The notes under the pieces were generated by a model. That model was not told the origin of the DNA, did not search any database, and worked only from the letters and a program-made list of their open reading frames with translations. The translations under genes and the position numbers were made by a program. Positions 1-12,118 of a stretch of 64,000 bases of DNA are shown piece after piece. Source of the stretch: Podarcis muralis (Eukaryota); contig NC_135668.1 of NCBI RefSeq assembly GCF_964188315.1, forward strand, positions 30,070,001 to 30,134,000, in the 5' to 3' direction. Position 1 is the stretch's first letter, and each line of letters starts with the position of its first letter.

Positions 1-102
1 TAGCCTGGCTGGCCTCACCTGGGGATATTTGGTGCAAGACTCCTGAGCTTACTGGCTGTCTGCCCCTGACCACCAATCACAGACCCACCCCTCTCTCTGC
101 AG

Positions 103-3100
103 CCCTTCCTCATTGATGGCTTCAAGTTTGACATGCGCATCTATGTCCTGGTCACCTCCTGCGACCCACTGAAGATCTTTGTCTATGAGGAGGGGCTGGC
201 CCGCTTTGCCACCATGAGGTACATCGAGCCCAGCAGCAGCAACCTGGTAAAGAAGGGATGTTTCCCAGGAACTGGCATTTGCTTTGTAGAATAATAAGCT
301 GTTGTGGTACCTGATGTGATTTCTGGGAGCTCTCCAAGAGGGGGTGGATGGATGTAGTGTCCCTGTGGCACTTTGCAAGTGAAAGATCAACCCAGATCCA
401 TTCAATGGAGTCTTGCTTGAGAGATGCTGTCAGGAAAATGAACTGCCTTCCTTGAATCCCATGACAGGCAGCACTGAGGCATGGGGGCAAGAGGGTTCTG
501 GCGCTGCTCAGGCAGGACTGATGAATGCTGTTGGTCCAGGGAACCTAGGCAGGAGGGGAACGGGCCTCCAGGTGTGGACAGTAAACCCTCCCACTGTCTC
601 TCTTGCAGGAAGACATATGTATGCACCTGACCAACTACGCCATCAACAAGCATAACGAGAACTTTGTGCGTGATGACAATACAGGCAGCAAGAGGTATTT
701 TCCTTGCCAAGCCCCCTGCAGGAGCAGAGCTGGGCTTTCTGCTTGGGGGAAGCTGCCTTCTGCTAAAGTGACTGCTTAGATGGGCAGAGGCAGCTGGAAG
801 CAATGCAAGTTGGAAGGACAGTGCAGGGTGGGGGACAATGCACGGGTTCAGGTTTCCGCTTAGCCAAAAACTTATCCAAGGTCACTCAGGCCATCAGTAT
901 TATGGAGGAGGGGAAGAGAGGACACATTTTATATGGAGAAGATCCCATGTTCAATCTCTGGTAGCATCTCCAACTAAAAAACATGGCTGAAGGTGGGAAG
1001 GGTCTTAATGCTTGTTTGGAAATATGCCCTGCTGAAAGGGGATTGTCCTGGTTGTCCTGCTGAGCCCCTTTCTTTGTGGATGTGGGGATCAGGGTTTGGG
1101 GTTTGGCCATCCTCAGGAGCAGAGTCTGGCCTTGACATCCCTGCAGCCCATTTTCATCCCCATAGGAAGCTGTCCACGCTGAACAGCTGGATGCGGGAGC
1201 ACAGCTATGACACAGCCGAGCTGTGGCGGGACATTGAGGACATCATCATCAAGACCCTCATTGCTGCCCACCCAGTGCTGAAGCACAATTACCGCACCTG
1301 CTTCCCCAACCACATATCGGGCTGCGCTTGCTTCGAGATCCTGGGTTTCGACATCCTCCTGGACAGGAAGCTCAAGCCTTGGCTCCTGGAGGTACGTGGG
1401 GTGCTGTTGTCCTTCTGAAGCAGAATTCCCAATGGGAGCATGCACTGCTTCTTTGCAGCAAGACCCTTCCATCTCTGCAATTCTATGATTTTGAACACTC
1501 TTTTGTTCTTGATCCCAACGAAGTCTGGGAAGAATCTCAGCCTCTTCCTTGATAGTCCCTTTTCCCTGATTCAGCTAGTCTCCATCACTCAGTGGTAGAT
1601 GGTAGATGTAAGCAGGTCCCAGGTTCAGCCCAAGTAGGGTTGAGAGAGAGACTCCTGCCTGAAACTGCCTGGGAGAGCTGCTGCCAGTCAGTGTAGACAG
1701 TATCGAGTTAGATGGACCAAGGGTCTAACTCGGTATAAGGCAGCTTCCTTTGTTCCTATGTCTACTCTTTTGTATCTTGAAAGAAGCAGGAAAGATGTCT
1801 ACAAATACCTTGGAAGTCAGAGGTGAGGTGGGGTGGGTATCTTCAGACAATAGTAACACAAACAGGCACATGAGACTGAGTCGGGATGCTTCCAGATCTG
1901 ATTTAAAATTGTCAGTCCTGATTGGCTGCAAATATCAAACTTCTCCCCACACCCTCCAAGGTATGCCAGCCTGTCGTTCATTCCCAGTCCAACCACTTCA
2001 GGCTCTTGGGGAACATTTTCCATCTCCCTGAAGCACCCACTGTAATCCTGACTGCTGCAGTGTCTTGCTACCCCCTACCTGACTAGCTGCAACTGTATAC
2101 AAAAAACTGCAAACTATTTCTTGGAAAAAACTAAGCATCAGAATAGATGCCTCTATCCTAGAAGGAGTGGAGGTCCTGAAGTCTCATGGGTCAAACCAGA
2201 TCCCAGAGTGGCCATCTTGTAAGGAAGCTGCATGTAAAACCCAGGCCCTTCCCCATTGCTCTTTCCCCTCCAGGTCAACCACTCCCCCAGCTTCACCACT
2301 GACTCCCGCCTGGACCGTGAAGTGAAGGATGCCCTGCTCTGCGATGCCATCAATCTTATCAACCTGCGTGCTTGTGACAAGAAGAAGGTGCTAGAAGAGG
2401 ACAAGCGGCGGGTGAAGGAGCGCCTCCTCCAAGCCCACCAGCCGCCCCGAGAAGCCAGGTAACCCTGGGAGGGGCCCAGCCTGACTGTGGCTGTACTAAG
2501 TGCCTCCCTTGCCCTGGCCATGCTGCCTCCTTCTCCCCCAGAAACAGCTTTTCCTGGCTTTGCCTTCAGAGATGCCCAATACCCAGTCCCTGCAGCCTTG
2601 TCAGGTTGCACGTTAGCCTCCAACCACCACGAGGGAGGGGAGAAAATGGAGCAAGGAGCCAATCAGATGGGTTTGCCTTTATTTCTATGGTCCTGTAATG
2701 GGCCATGTGGCAGTGCAGGAGTCCTGGATCCTGGCATGTGGGTCATTGGTTGCCTTGGCCGAAACTGTGCAACACCCCATGCAGACAAGGTGGGGGAGCA
2801 GGGGGAAGAGAGGGAGGAAAGTGGCTTGGGTACCAGTGACAGGGGAGGCCAAGGGGGACTCGGAGGACAGCAGTGCCCATTAGTCTCTCCCTCCCCGGCA
2901 GAACCTAGGATTTCTCTGCTGCCGGGGCCCCAGCCTGAACTCTCTCCATCTGCAGGCGGGAGCAGTTGGAGAGCAGTCAGGCCGCCTGGTTGGCCCAGGC
3001 CGAGAAGTACGAGAGCAGCCACCTGGGTGGCTACCGAAAGATCTTCCCATCACGGGGCACAGAGAAGTACAACCCCTTCTTCAAGCACAGTGGATCCCTC

Positions 3101-5749
3101 TTCCAAGAGACTGTGGCCTCCAAGGCCAGGGAAGAGTGTGCCAGGTAGGGCAAGGGGAAGCCATTCCTCACAGGGCAGGCTGAGCCAGGCCTAGTCCTTG
3201 CATGTACACACACATGGACATGCAAAAGGATGACACACCCACACACAATGTCTTGTGTCTTCTGTCAGGCAACAGCTGGAGGAGATTCGCCAGAAGCAGG
3301 AGCAGAGGGAGAGTACAGCTGCGAAGAAGAAGAGGGATGTGAAGGAGAACTTGCAGGGGGAGTCAGCAGGGGAGAAGGGGAAGGGCAAGCCAGCCCTAAC
3401 TCGCATAGCCTACAGCCACAGCAAGACCTGGAACCCAAAGGTAGCTCATGGGGGAGTGAGGAGCAGCTCTTGAGTCCCTCCCTCTTCTAACACCAGGGAG
3501 GAGGAAGGACTTTCAAGGCCAGCTGCTGCACCTAGAGATGGAACTATTCTACTTTAGGAGCCTGGTGAATGTTTCTTTTTTTTTAACTTGCATGGTTTAA
3601 ATCTTCTGCCTGCCCCAGGGAAAAGTGAGAGATCCCATAGTCCCACCCCAGCCTCCCTGCTCCTTTCCATAGCTATTGCCCTCATATATTCAGCCATAAA
3701 TGCAAGTAGCCTCTTATTGCTGGAACTGAGTTTGCAGTTCTGAGGGAGCCAGTGGCTTTCCACATGCAGTGCAATTGCAGAAGGGTCATTTTTTGCCTTT
3801 GGGCAACCTGGAGCTTGAAAGAGCCTGAGTCCCGCCAGACCTGGCGATAAGGGCGGGCCTTGAGCTTTGTCTGGCATGGCTGCAGAGGAGCTGGCCAGAG
3901 GGCTCTGTGGGATACAAGCTGCAGGGCAAAACAAGACCTGGGGGCTAAAGCTGGAACACAGCGTCCTCAATCTTGGCCTTACCGAATTAGATCTGGTTTT
4001 GCTTCTTATGTGGAGAAGCAGGTGTGTTGTTTTGTTTTCTGTAAGCTGCTTGGTGAGCTATTGAGGATCTAAATATCTAAAATGAGCCCAGCTCCTCTTC
4101 TCAAGTCTGACCCAGGCTGCCTTTTCCCCTAGATATCCTCCATACCATATGACAGCATGACCCCCCAGGCCATTGTGGAGGAAGAGGAAGTGGAGAGGGT
4201 CAAAGCCCTCCTACGGAGGGAGAACCTCATCCGAGGGCTGGGCATCGTCGACCAGCTGACACGCCTGCTCCGCAACACGGAACCCAAGCCTGTGGAGGTC
4301 CAGAGGCCACACATTAACATCTCAGAAAGCCAGGTATGCAGGTGCTGTTTCCAGACCCCAAAACACACACTGGGTGGAAAGTCTTGGAGGAGATCTCTCT
4401 CCAGCAAAGGAGGAGGGTTGGAACAAACATTGTTCCCTGCCTTTGGAGGGAGCTGGGTTCCTGCTCCTGCCTTGCAATCAGCCTGCCTTGCTCTCCGGCT
4501 TTGTTCTCTGCCTGCAAACCAGAAATCCTTCTGACTAGTCTGAAAGGGCCAACTGTTGTGCCTTACCAAGGCTACGAAAATGTTTAATGGCTGGTTTGGG
4601 GAAACATGACCAATGGGGAGTGGATGCCTGCCATTCCCTTTGGATGTGCTATGTGGGTCTTTGTAAAAAAGTGGTCAGTGTGGGAGGGGACACCTCAAAA
4701 CCTGACAACAGCCACAGGTGACTCCTGTAGGGTCCCCTTTCCAAGCCTCACCCTGCTGCTTTTTTCTTTCAGCCTCACTTTCTCCAGGATATGTTTAATA
4801 ACCGAGAGCCACAGAATCTGATGACCCTCGTCCCCCTCTCCCTCCTAGGGGGCTCCGTCCAGGAGCTGGGGCAGCAGATCATGCAGCAGCAGCCCACAGC
4901 CCGTGTCCAACTTCTGGGAAACCAAGGCTTCATCCCAACCATTTTGGGTGCCCTGTCGGGTTTGGGCTCGTCTTCCCATGAGTCCTATTCCACACACTTC
5001 AAGCCGCAGCTCCACATCCAGCCCCCCAAGAACATGAGCTGGTTGGGTGCGGCCATGGTGGGCGAGCCGGGTTCTCTGGCCCGGATGCTGAAGGCTGGAG
5101 GGCGCCGGTTTGGCAGCGCCAAGAACAAGCTGGACGTTGGTGAGTATTGTGGGTGAGAGCCTTGTGGTCCTCTGGTGCTGCCCCAGTTGCTCCACGACCA
5201 CTGCCAGCAGCAGCAGGAGGGTTGAGACACCAGGAAATGTAACCTTTCCCTGTCTGCGTGCTCAGGAACCCCAAGACTCGGGAACAGGGGCAACATGAGG
5301 GCCACAGCCTGCAGTGGAGACAGGGCAAGCAAGTATCTTGGCAGGTGTGTCCAGCAGTGGTTCCAAGGGGCAGCCAGACCACTGAGGAGCAGGGAGCACA
5401 GGCGGTCTTCTTCAGCACCACCACCTCCTCCTCCCTCCCCCAGCATGTTGCTTGCCCTACAGGCATGGAGCCCGGCCACCCATGCCTCTCTCCTTCTCCT
5501 CTTTCAGGCAGCCCTGCAAGCAAGCGGCCCCTGTACATGAGCTCCGGTTCCCTGAACTGCCTGTCACACGGTGGCAAAGCTACCAGCCACATGTACAGCA
5601 GCTTTCCCTTCCCCTCTGCGGCAGCTCCGCTAAACCGCACTGACCTGCGTGGACTGGCCATCAATTCTGCGTCTGCTCCACTCATCCGGCGCACCAGCCC
5701 ACACCGCTCCAGCAACATGGCCACTCTGCATCTCAACCAGCCCAGGTAG
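103..5749 (+). CDS. TTLL13: Tubulin polyglutamylase TTLL13 (TTLL6/13 family), 3' part; gene starts upstream of the window
   Basis: GT-AG exons keeping frame: 103-246, 609-694, 1166-1391, 2274-2458, 2956-3144, 3269-3440, 4133-4333, 4788-5138 (or 4773-5138), 5508-5749. TTL motifs [64 protein letters not shown]13 preferred over TTLL6 because it is adjacent to NGRN as in mammals. A terminal exon at 5853 with stop at 5865 is also possible. Confidence 0.85.
1583..1760 (+). mobile_element. tRNA-derived squamate SINE (Squam2-like), degraded
   Basis: ctcagtggtag...ggtcccaggttca head, then gctgccagtcagtgtagac...gatggaccaa...ggcagcttcct tail; related copies near 7170-7265, 16020-16170, 27500-27560, 28290-28390, 60790-60870 and 61160-61230. 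Family name from memory. Confidence 0.6.
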
Positions 5750-6285
5750 CCTCCTCATCCTAGGTCCGCTCAGGCAGCAGCAGGATGGACCCTGCTAAGA
5801 AGGTCCTCCAGCCAAACTTCCTCATGATCTCCTTGTCTTTCTCCTCCCCCAGGAAAGGCACTTGACTTGACCTCTTGGCGGAACAGCAATCCAGGAGCCA
5901 GAAGAGCTGGGGGACTTTGCTGCTGCGGCCTGTGCCAAGAGGGGCAGTAGAGGAAGTGAAGCCCCTGCCCTGTGGAGGCAGTGGCAGCAGCAGCAGCAGT
6001 GGCCTGGTGCCATGGCCCTGGGCACAACACATCCACCCCAGCCAGGCAGTTGTCCATGAGCCCCTTGCCAACCTACTCCTCCATGCCAAATTCATTTCCC
6101 CCTTTCCCCACTCCAAAGCAGCAGCAACAAATTCTAATAACAGTATTAGACATCTTTGGCCGTGCCCCCACTTCCTCCATGCCAACTCCCCTGCCGCCAA
6201 TGCCAGTCAGCCTGCCAAAGGCCAGGTCCCAATCCTGAAGAGCACTATGGGCTGGGAACGGAGTTTCTTTTGTAACCGACTTTGT

Positions 6286-6291
6286 ATTAAA
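6286..6291 (+). terminator. Candidate polyadenylation signal (ATTAAA) of TTLL13
   Basis: ATTAAA 420-540 bp after the candidate stops, followed by T-rich sequence. Confidence 0.45.
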
Positions 6292-6539
6292 GTTTTATAC
6301 GGTTATACAATCTGGGGTCTCTCTCTCTCCTTTGACTCACAAAGCACAGCATCTTGTTCTCCCAGCAGCCACCGTCTTTGCTGGGAGCAGGAACAGGGAC
6401 TTCCTTACCCCCAAAAAAGTTTTTATCCCTCTCTCATAGCACTAGAGCTTGCAGACACCCAATGAAGCTGAATGTTGGAAGATAAAAGGGTGTCAAGCAC
6501 ACAGTGCAGAGTTAAAACTATGGCACTCCCTCCCGCAGG

Positions 6540-6800
6540 AAGCACTGATGGCCACTGAATTTGATGGCTTTAAAAGAGGATTAAACAAATTCATGGAGGA
6601 GAGGACTATCAATGGCTACTAGCCACAGTGCCTATGCTCTGCAGCCATAGTTGGAGGCAGCAATGCTTCTGAATACCAACTGCTGAAACCACAGGAGGGG
6701 AGAGGGCTCTTGAGCTCAGATCCAGCTTGCAGGTTTACCATGAAGGCATCTGTTTGGCCACGGTGGGAACAGGATGGTGGGTAGATCCAGCAAGCTCTTC
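6540..6800 (+). mobile_element. CR1 LINE 3' fragment
   Basis: gatggctttaaaagaggattaaacaaattcatggaggagagg reads DGFKRGL.KFMEER, the typical CR1 ORF2 C-terminus, followed by 3' UTR-like sequence. Confidence 0.65.
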
Positions 6801-7269
6801 AAAGAGGCAGAGGAATACAAAGAATTCATTGTTCTTTGCCCTTCATCATACTTGAATTTCAGTGAAAGGGATGCAAAGGGGGCCATGGGTGTAGGCAGGG
6901 AAGCAGCTGCCCCCTAAATCAAGTGAATAAATAAAAATACTTACGGTAACTGACCAATCGTATGGCAGATAGCTCGGTTCTCTCCCCCCCCCCCCATAAA
7001 TCCTGGCTGTGCCCATGGATGGGGGCTCTACTATTTACTTCTAGGCAAACTGTGGCAGACCCTACCCCACCCAGGGCTAGCCTCCTGGGGGGGATGGAAA
7101 GCATAAGCCTCCAGGCCCACAAGGTTTACAGGGGGGAAACGGGATGGACCTTATTTTAGGGGTAGAATATCCAGTTTGCATGCAGCAAGTCCTAGGTATA
7201 TTCAGTGAAAGACTCTCCTGAAGAGCCGCTGCCAGTCTGTGTAGACAACACTGCACTGCAGGAATTCTG

Positions 7270-7438
7270 CATCAGACCATTACCTCCGAGGCGCGCTTTC
7301 CCTACTGAAACTCAGATGGGCTAAGCTCGGCCTCCGTGGCGCCCGTTCCTGATTGCGCCCGCCTTCCGGAAGAGCCCGCCCCGCCCCCACGTGCTCCTAG
7401 GCGGCGCGGCCTCGCCAGTCTTTTTCCTCTGAGCTACA
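7270..7438 (+). promoter_or_regulatory. CpG-island promoter of NGRN
   Basis: CpG-dense, with ETS core ccggaag, GC boxes ccgcccccgccc and E-box cacgtg directly upstream of the ATG at 7439. Confidence 0.6.
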
Positions 7439-8447
7439 ATGGCCGGGTCTGGACGCTTGGTGGGTCTGAGGCGGGTTGCTGCTCGGCTGGCGGCGAGAGA
7501 GGCAGAAGGCAAACTGCCCGAGGAGCAGCCGGAGGTGGAGCAGGAGGTGGAGAGGTAGGGCCCGATCCCTCGACAGCTTCCGTCCCTGGCCCAGGAGCTC
7601 GCCTGCCCGAGACGCTCATCTCTCTCTCTCCCCGCCGACAGGTTGCTGAAGCGCCAGGAGAAGGCGATCCGCCTGCGAAAAATGCAGAGGCTGATGGAAC
7701 CGCGCGGGCCCCCTGAGCGCACCTTGACCCGCCAGGCCATGGAGCAGATCCGGTAAGAGCGGAGGCCAGGGAGGTCGACCGCAGGGAAGGTGGCGGCGGC
7801 GGAGGAGGAGGAGGAAGGGGAGCCCCGACGGCAGCTCGCGACGAGCCGCGTCTCTCTCTCTCTCCGCCCCAAGCGGGGCGCGGGCGACGCTTCTCCAACG
7901 CGCCCCTGCAACTTCTCTTTCTCCTTTTTGCGCCAGGTACCTGAGCCAGGAGCTGCCGGAGGAGTGGCCCGTCTCCCGCCTGGCACGGAGCTTCCAGGTG
8001 GAACCCGGGGTCGTCCTTCGAGTCCTCCGGAGCCGCTTCTCCCCTTCACCGGAGCGGAGAGCTAAGCAAGACGCCAAGGCCGCCGCCGCTGTGGCCTCGA
8101 CCCCCGAAAGCAGCGCCCGCCCCAGGATCGTCGTTGCCACCGAGGCCGCCGGTCATCTACTTCCCGCCCCTGGCGCTGCGGCGGCGCTCTCCCGGCCAGT
8201 CGCCCCCAGGGCGGCACGTGCGGGCCCCTCTGCGCCGGAGAAGCAGCAACAAAAGCAGCAGCAGGAGGAGGAAGAAGACGAGGAGGAGGAAGGTCGGGCT
8301 TGGCGGGGGCCGAGCCCGGCGGAGCTGGAAGCGATGGTGGCTGAGGGCACCTGGGAGTCCCAGCTGAAAGTCGTGCAGAAGGGCCGAGAGTTCTTCGACA
8401 GCGATGGGAACTTCCTCTACAGGCTTCCCCAAACCCAGCAGGCCTGA
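7439..8447 (+). CDS. NGRN: Neugrin (mitoribosome/16S rRNA maturation factor)
   Basis: Exons 7439-7554, 7642-7752, 7937-8447. LLKRQEKAIRLRKMQRLMEPRGPPERTLTRQAMEQIRYL...WPVSRLARSF and C-terminal KVVQKGREFFDSDGNFLYR match recalled NGRN motifs. Confidence 0.93.
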
Positions 8448-10472
8448 GCATCTGGCAGTGCTGGAAGGCACTGGCCTCTTTTTGCATGTCAAGGGCAATA
8501 CCTTGTCTGGATTGTCCCTGTAGCTAAAATGGCCACATCCAGCTCCTAAAAAGGGGGTGGGGTCCTGTTGTGGTGGAAAGTGTTGTGGCGCCCCTCCTCA
8601 CTAGAGTCAAAAGCTGGGACTTCCTGCTCAGATTCTGCTCCCAGGCAGCTAGGAGAACTCTGCTGCCTGCAGTACAAGGGACCATCCTTGCCTAGGCTTT
8701 TTCTGTCTGCTCAGAGCAGAATCATCAAGCATTGAGAGGTGGACACCAGGCTTATATAAAGGGTCCTGCTGAGTTTCGCCTTTACAAAGTGCTGTGATGC
8801 AGGTGGTTAGAATTTCCCTTGGACACATGCAGATAAGAGACTCAGAAAGAGCCATGTGGCCCTGCAGGGACTCAGCAGTAGTGACTGCAGCAACAGCAGC
8901 AAGGTCTCCCAGGCCTATGAAAGCAAGTACATGATGATAAGCCTCCATGCCTTTCTGAAAGCATTTTGGAAGGGATTAATAGCTTGGGATTCTTAAAGTT
9001 CCTCAGATGCCTGCTACCCCTTCTTGAGAGGAAGCCCCAGCCACATACTATGAAAAGCAGGTTGGGGAAGCTCACTTACTCTTTTAGTGTAGAAGTTGGT
9101 AGGTTGTTGCTTGGTTTTTTTGCAGGCGCCAGAGAAGTAATTCTTAGCAAACTGCCCAGCTAACCTGGGCACTCAGCCCCTCCTAGCCTGCTGCCCTCCT
9201 GGTGTTCAGGACTATAATTCCCATTGGCCCCAGCCAGCACAGCTGATAGGAGCTAGTCCAAAATATCTGGAGGGTACCAGGCTGGGCTAGCGAGGCCCTG
9301 CTTGAATGTCTGTCTCGTGGCTGGTGCGTGAAAGGGTAGCCCATAGGCCCAGGGCTTGGAAGTGCCTTGCCTGCCCTCTCCCTCCAATTACTTGGAGCTG
9401 GGTGAAAGCTGTGCTCTTGCATTGAGGCCTCATTTGGGTGCCAGAACGCTCCTGCCCTGCTCCTTGGTGACAGTTTGGCCCTTCAGATCATGAAAATAGT
9501 TACCTGGGCAGGATTGGTGGCAGGACACAGCACAAGCAATTAAAAGGATTTTTATGGATAAAATTCTTCTCAGCCTAATAGGAGGGATCCATATTCTGTG
9601 CTCCTACCCACGTCTGTCATGTCAAACAAGCCCAAACCAATTCATCCTGAGCATGAGGGAATTCCTATGTGAGGAGCATGAAGTGCCTGCTGTCAGAGGG
9701 AAATGACTTTGTGATCCTCTTAGCAATGATTTGGGATGATCAATAAAAGTGCAAGATCTGTAGGGTAAGAGGAGTGAAGAAGATGTGAGTGTGCTCTACC
9801 CTTAAAAACCTCAAGTTTTTCTTTTCTTGATGGGTTTTTAACATAATGTAAAAGATTGTGCTACAGGCAGAGGGGTCTCCCGTTTGCTGGCTTGGTGGAA
9901 TACTCTTATAGGCTTCTAAAGCTGAGGTTTCAGAGTTCCCATTCTAATCAATAGGAGGGGGGGGTGCTCCACTGCATGTTTCTTTGGTGAATGGGAAGCA
10001 CATGATTGTCTTTGCTTCCCTCTGCCCTCAGCAGAGAAGATGAGTGAGGCTGAAAAACCCAGGAAAAGAAAGTAAGCTATACTGGGCAAGGCTCACCTTT
10101 GTGGAATTGGCATTGCTCTTAGGAAGACTTCATGGGACTGGAAAAAATGGGATACCAATATGCTACATAAAAAGTCTTCACTACTCCTGTGGCATGGAAG
10201 TGGAAGCAGGAAAATAAATTTACACTTTCCAAGTTCATGAGTGAATTATAAGCAATAAAGATGTGAGACAGTCTCAGCTCAAAAGTTTTTTTCTAGTGTT
10301 TCTTACAGCTTTTTCTACCCTCAAATCCTTATTTAAGTAATAAAATACTTAAATATTTCAAGTTAATTCTTCTGTTTTATTCTACAAATGTGCACTTAAC
10401 TGCATTCTTACATAAAGCAGCAAGAAGGGTCCCCCCCCCTTTAATTGGGTGGGGATTGAGGCTTTATTGTAA

Positions 10473-10784
10473 GGAACGCGGGTGGCGCTGTGGTCTAAAC
10501 CAGAGTCTAGGGGTAAGCTCCTGTTGCTCGGTCCCTGCTCCTGCCAACCTAGCAGTTTGAAAGCACGTCAAAGTGCAAGTAGATAAATAGGTACCTTTCC
10601 AGCGGGAAGGTAAATGGTGTTTCTGCTCTGGTTCACCAGAAGCGGCTTGGCGTGCTGGCCACATGACCCAGAAGCTGTCTGCAGACAAACGCCAGCTCCT
10701 CGGCCAGTAAAGCGAGATGAGCGCTGCAACCCCAGAGTCGTCTGCGACTGGACTTAACGGTCAGGGGTCCCTTTACCTTTACCT
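10473..10784 (+). mobile_element. Sauria SINE (lacertid POM-like) with 13-bp TSD
   Basis: Head ggaacgcgggtggcgctgtgg, body aaagcacgtcaaagtgcaagtagataaataggtac, tail ggggtccctttacctttacct; TSD tgaggctttattg at 10457-10469 and 10786-10798. Confidence 0.85.
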
Positions 10785-12118
10785 CTGAGGCTTTATTGCA
10801 GTCAATCTGTGAAAGGGCTGTGCCCTTTTATTCATTTCAGTGAACTTGTGCTGCAGAACCTCCAGGTACCCTCATTGCTTTCAAGATGGGAAGGGCCACC
10901 ACTCGATAGCAGAACAGCAATGGTTGCTTTGCATGCAGTCTCCTGTATCTCTAAAGGGGAAATACATTTTGCCAGAGATCTGGAAACGTGGCTGCCTGTT
11001 GGAGATGCTACCTGCTAGATGAACCTAGTCTTGTCACAGGTAGGTAGCTGTGTTGGTCTGCCGTAGTCGAAACAAAATAAAAAAATTCCTTCCAGTAGCA
11101 CCTTAGAGACCAAGTTAGCTATTGGTATGAGCTTTCATGTGCATGGATTTTTAAAATTTTGTTTCAACTAGTCTTGTCAGTATCAGTCAGCCTTATGTCC
11201 ATCTGTTGAATAGCATGACCCAAACATACTACCAGGGCTAGAGTTGCATACATTGCCCTGTTTCTGTGATGCCTTTGTTCGTTTTACACTTTGTAGAGAA
11301 CAAAAGAACAGTGTGGCTGCAGGCTGAGTCAATAAAAGACCTATTACTGTAGGTAGCCAAGACACAGGTTTAGGGAAGACTGGCCTTTGGGGAAGACTGG
11401 CCTTTGGGGTCCAGGCCTTTTGCAGGGCATTCAAAACACCCTCAGCTGAAAGGGAATGTGGAGCAGCGGTTATGGTCCACCACAGCATTTTAAAGCCACA
11501 TTTAACAACTCTGAGGCTCCAAGTATACATGATGGTGATTGTGTATTTTAATGGAAATTCTGGTTTAATGTAGGTTGTGTACTTGATAGCAACACGGTTT
11601 ATCCTCAATGCTACCCTCCTCAGCTCATTTCCCAGGTGCATAGAGAAACAGCTGCTTAAAGATAGGGGAGCAGTTGGGGATGATCTTAATTGCGAAAACG
11701 GCCGCGTGCTGCTGCAGTCAAGTTTGCACAAACCCCCTTCAATCTGCACGCCCCTTTTCAAACAACTAAGCTTGGATTTCCCTGCCTAGGTCGAAGTACG
11801 TATTGGATTTAATAGTCCTTTCCTGGCTGCTACCATTTGGTTGAAGGCGGTGGGGGAAATCAATTGTCCAGCTGATGCCACAGTTTCCTCTGCGTCTCAT
11901 TTCCACCCCTGCGGAGGCGACGGCGGTAAAAGAACCCGGAAGGGGCCTTTCCATCCCGTTGGCAGCCCTTTCCCTTCCCAGCCAAACCAGCCCACCGCCC
12001 TCCCTCCATCGCCTTTGCAAAAGGGCTACCGGAGCGCCTGCCCGCCCCGCGTGCTCTTGGGCATTAGGCCGCCTGCGCTTTGCACCCGGGGTCAGCAACC
12101 GTTTGCCCGGCGGTGGCC

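Noticed and set aside
4985-5736. Long minus-strand ORFs (245, 164 and 118 aa) over TTLL13 exons
   Set aside because: Antisense shadows of GC-rich coding exons; no domain, start context or splice support.
5875-6465. 196-aa plus ORF after TTLL13
   Set aside because: Starts at TTG just after an in-frame TGA (5863-5865), spans the poly(A) signal and has no recognisable homology; treated as 3' UTR.
7321-8498. Several overlapping long ORFs around NGRN
   Set aside because: Stop-poor CpG island; only the spliced NGRN frame has homology.
11374-11407. Small local duplications (17 bp x2 here; also ~37727-37780 and ~57517-57575) and (CA)n at ~50013-50040
   Set aside because: Ordinary slippage repeats in non-coding DNA.
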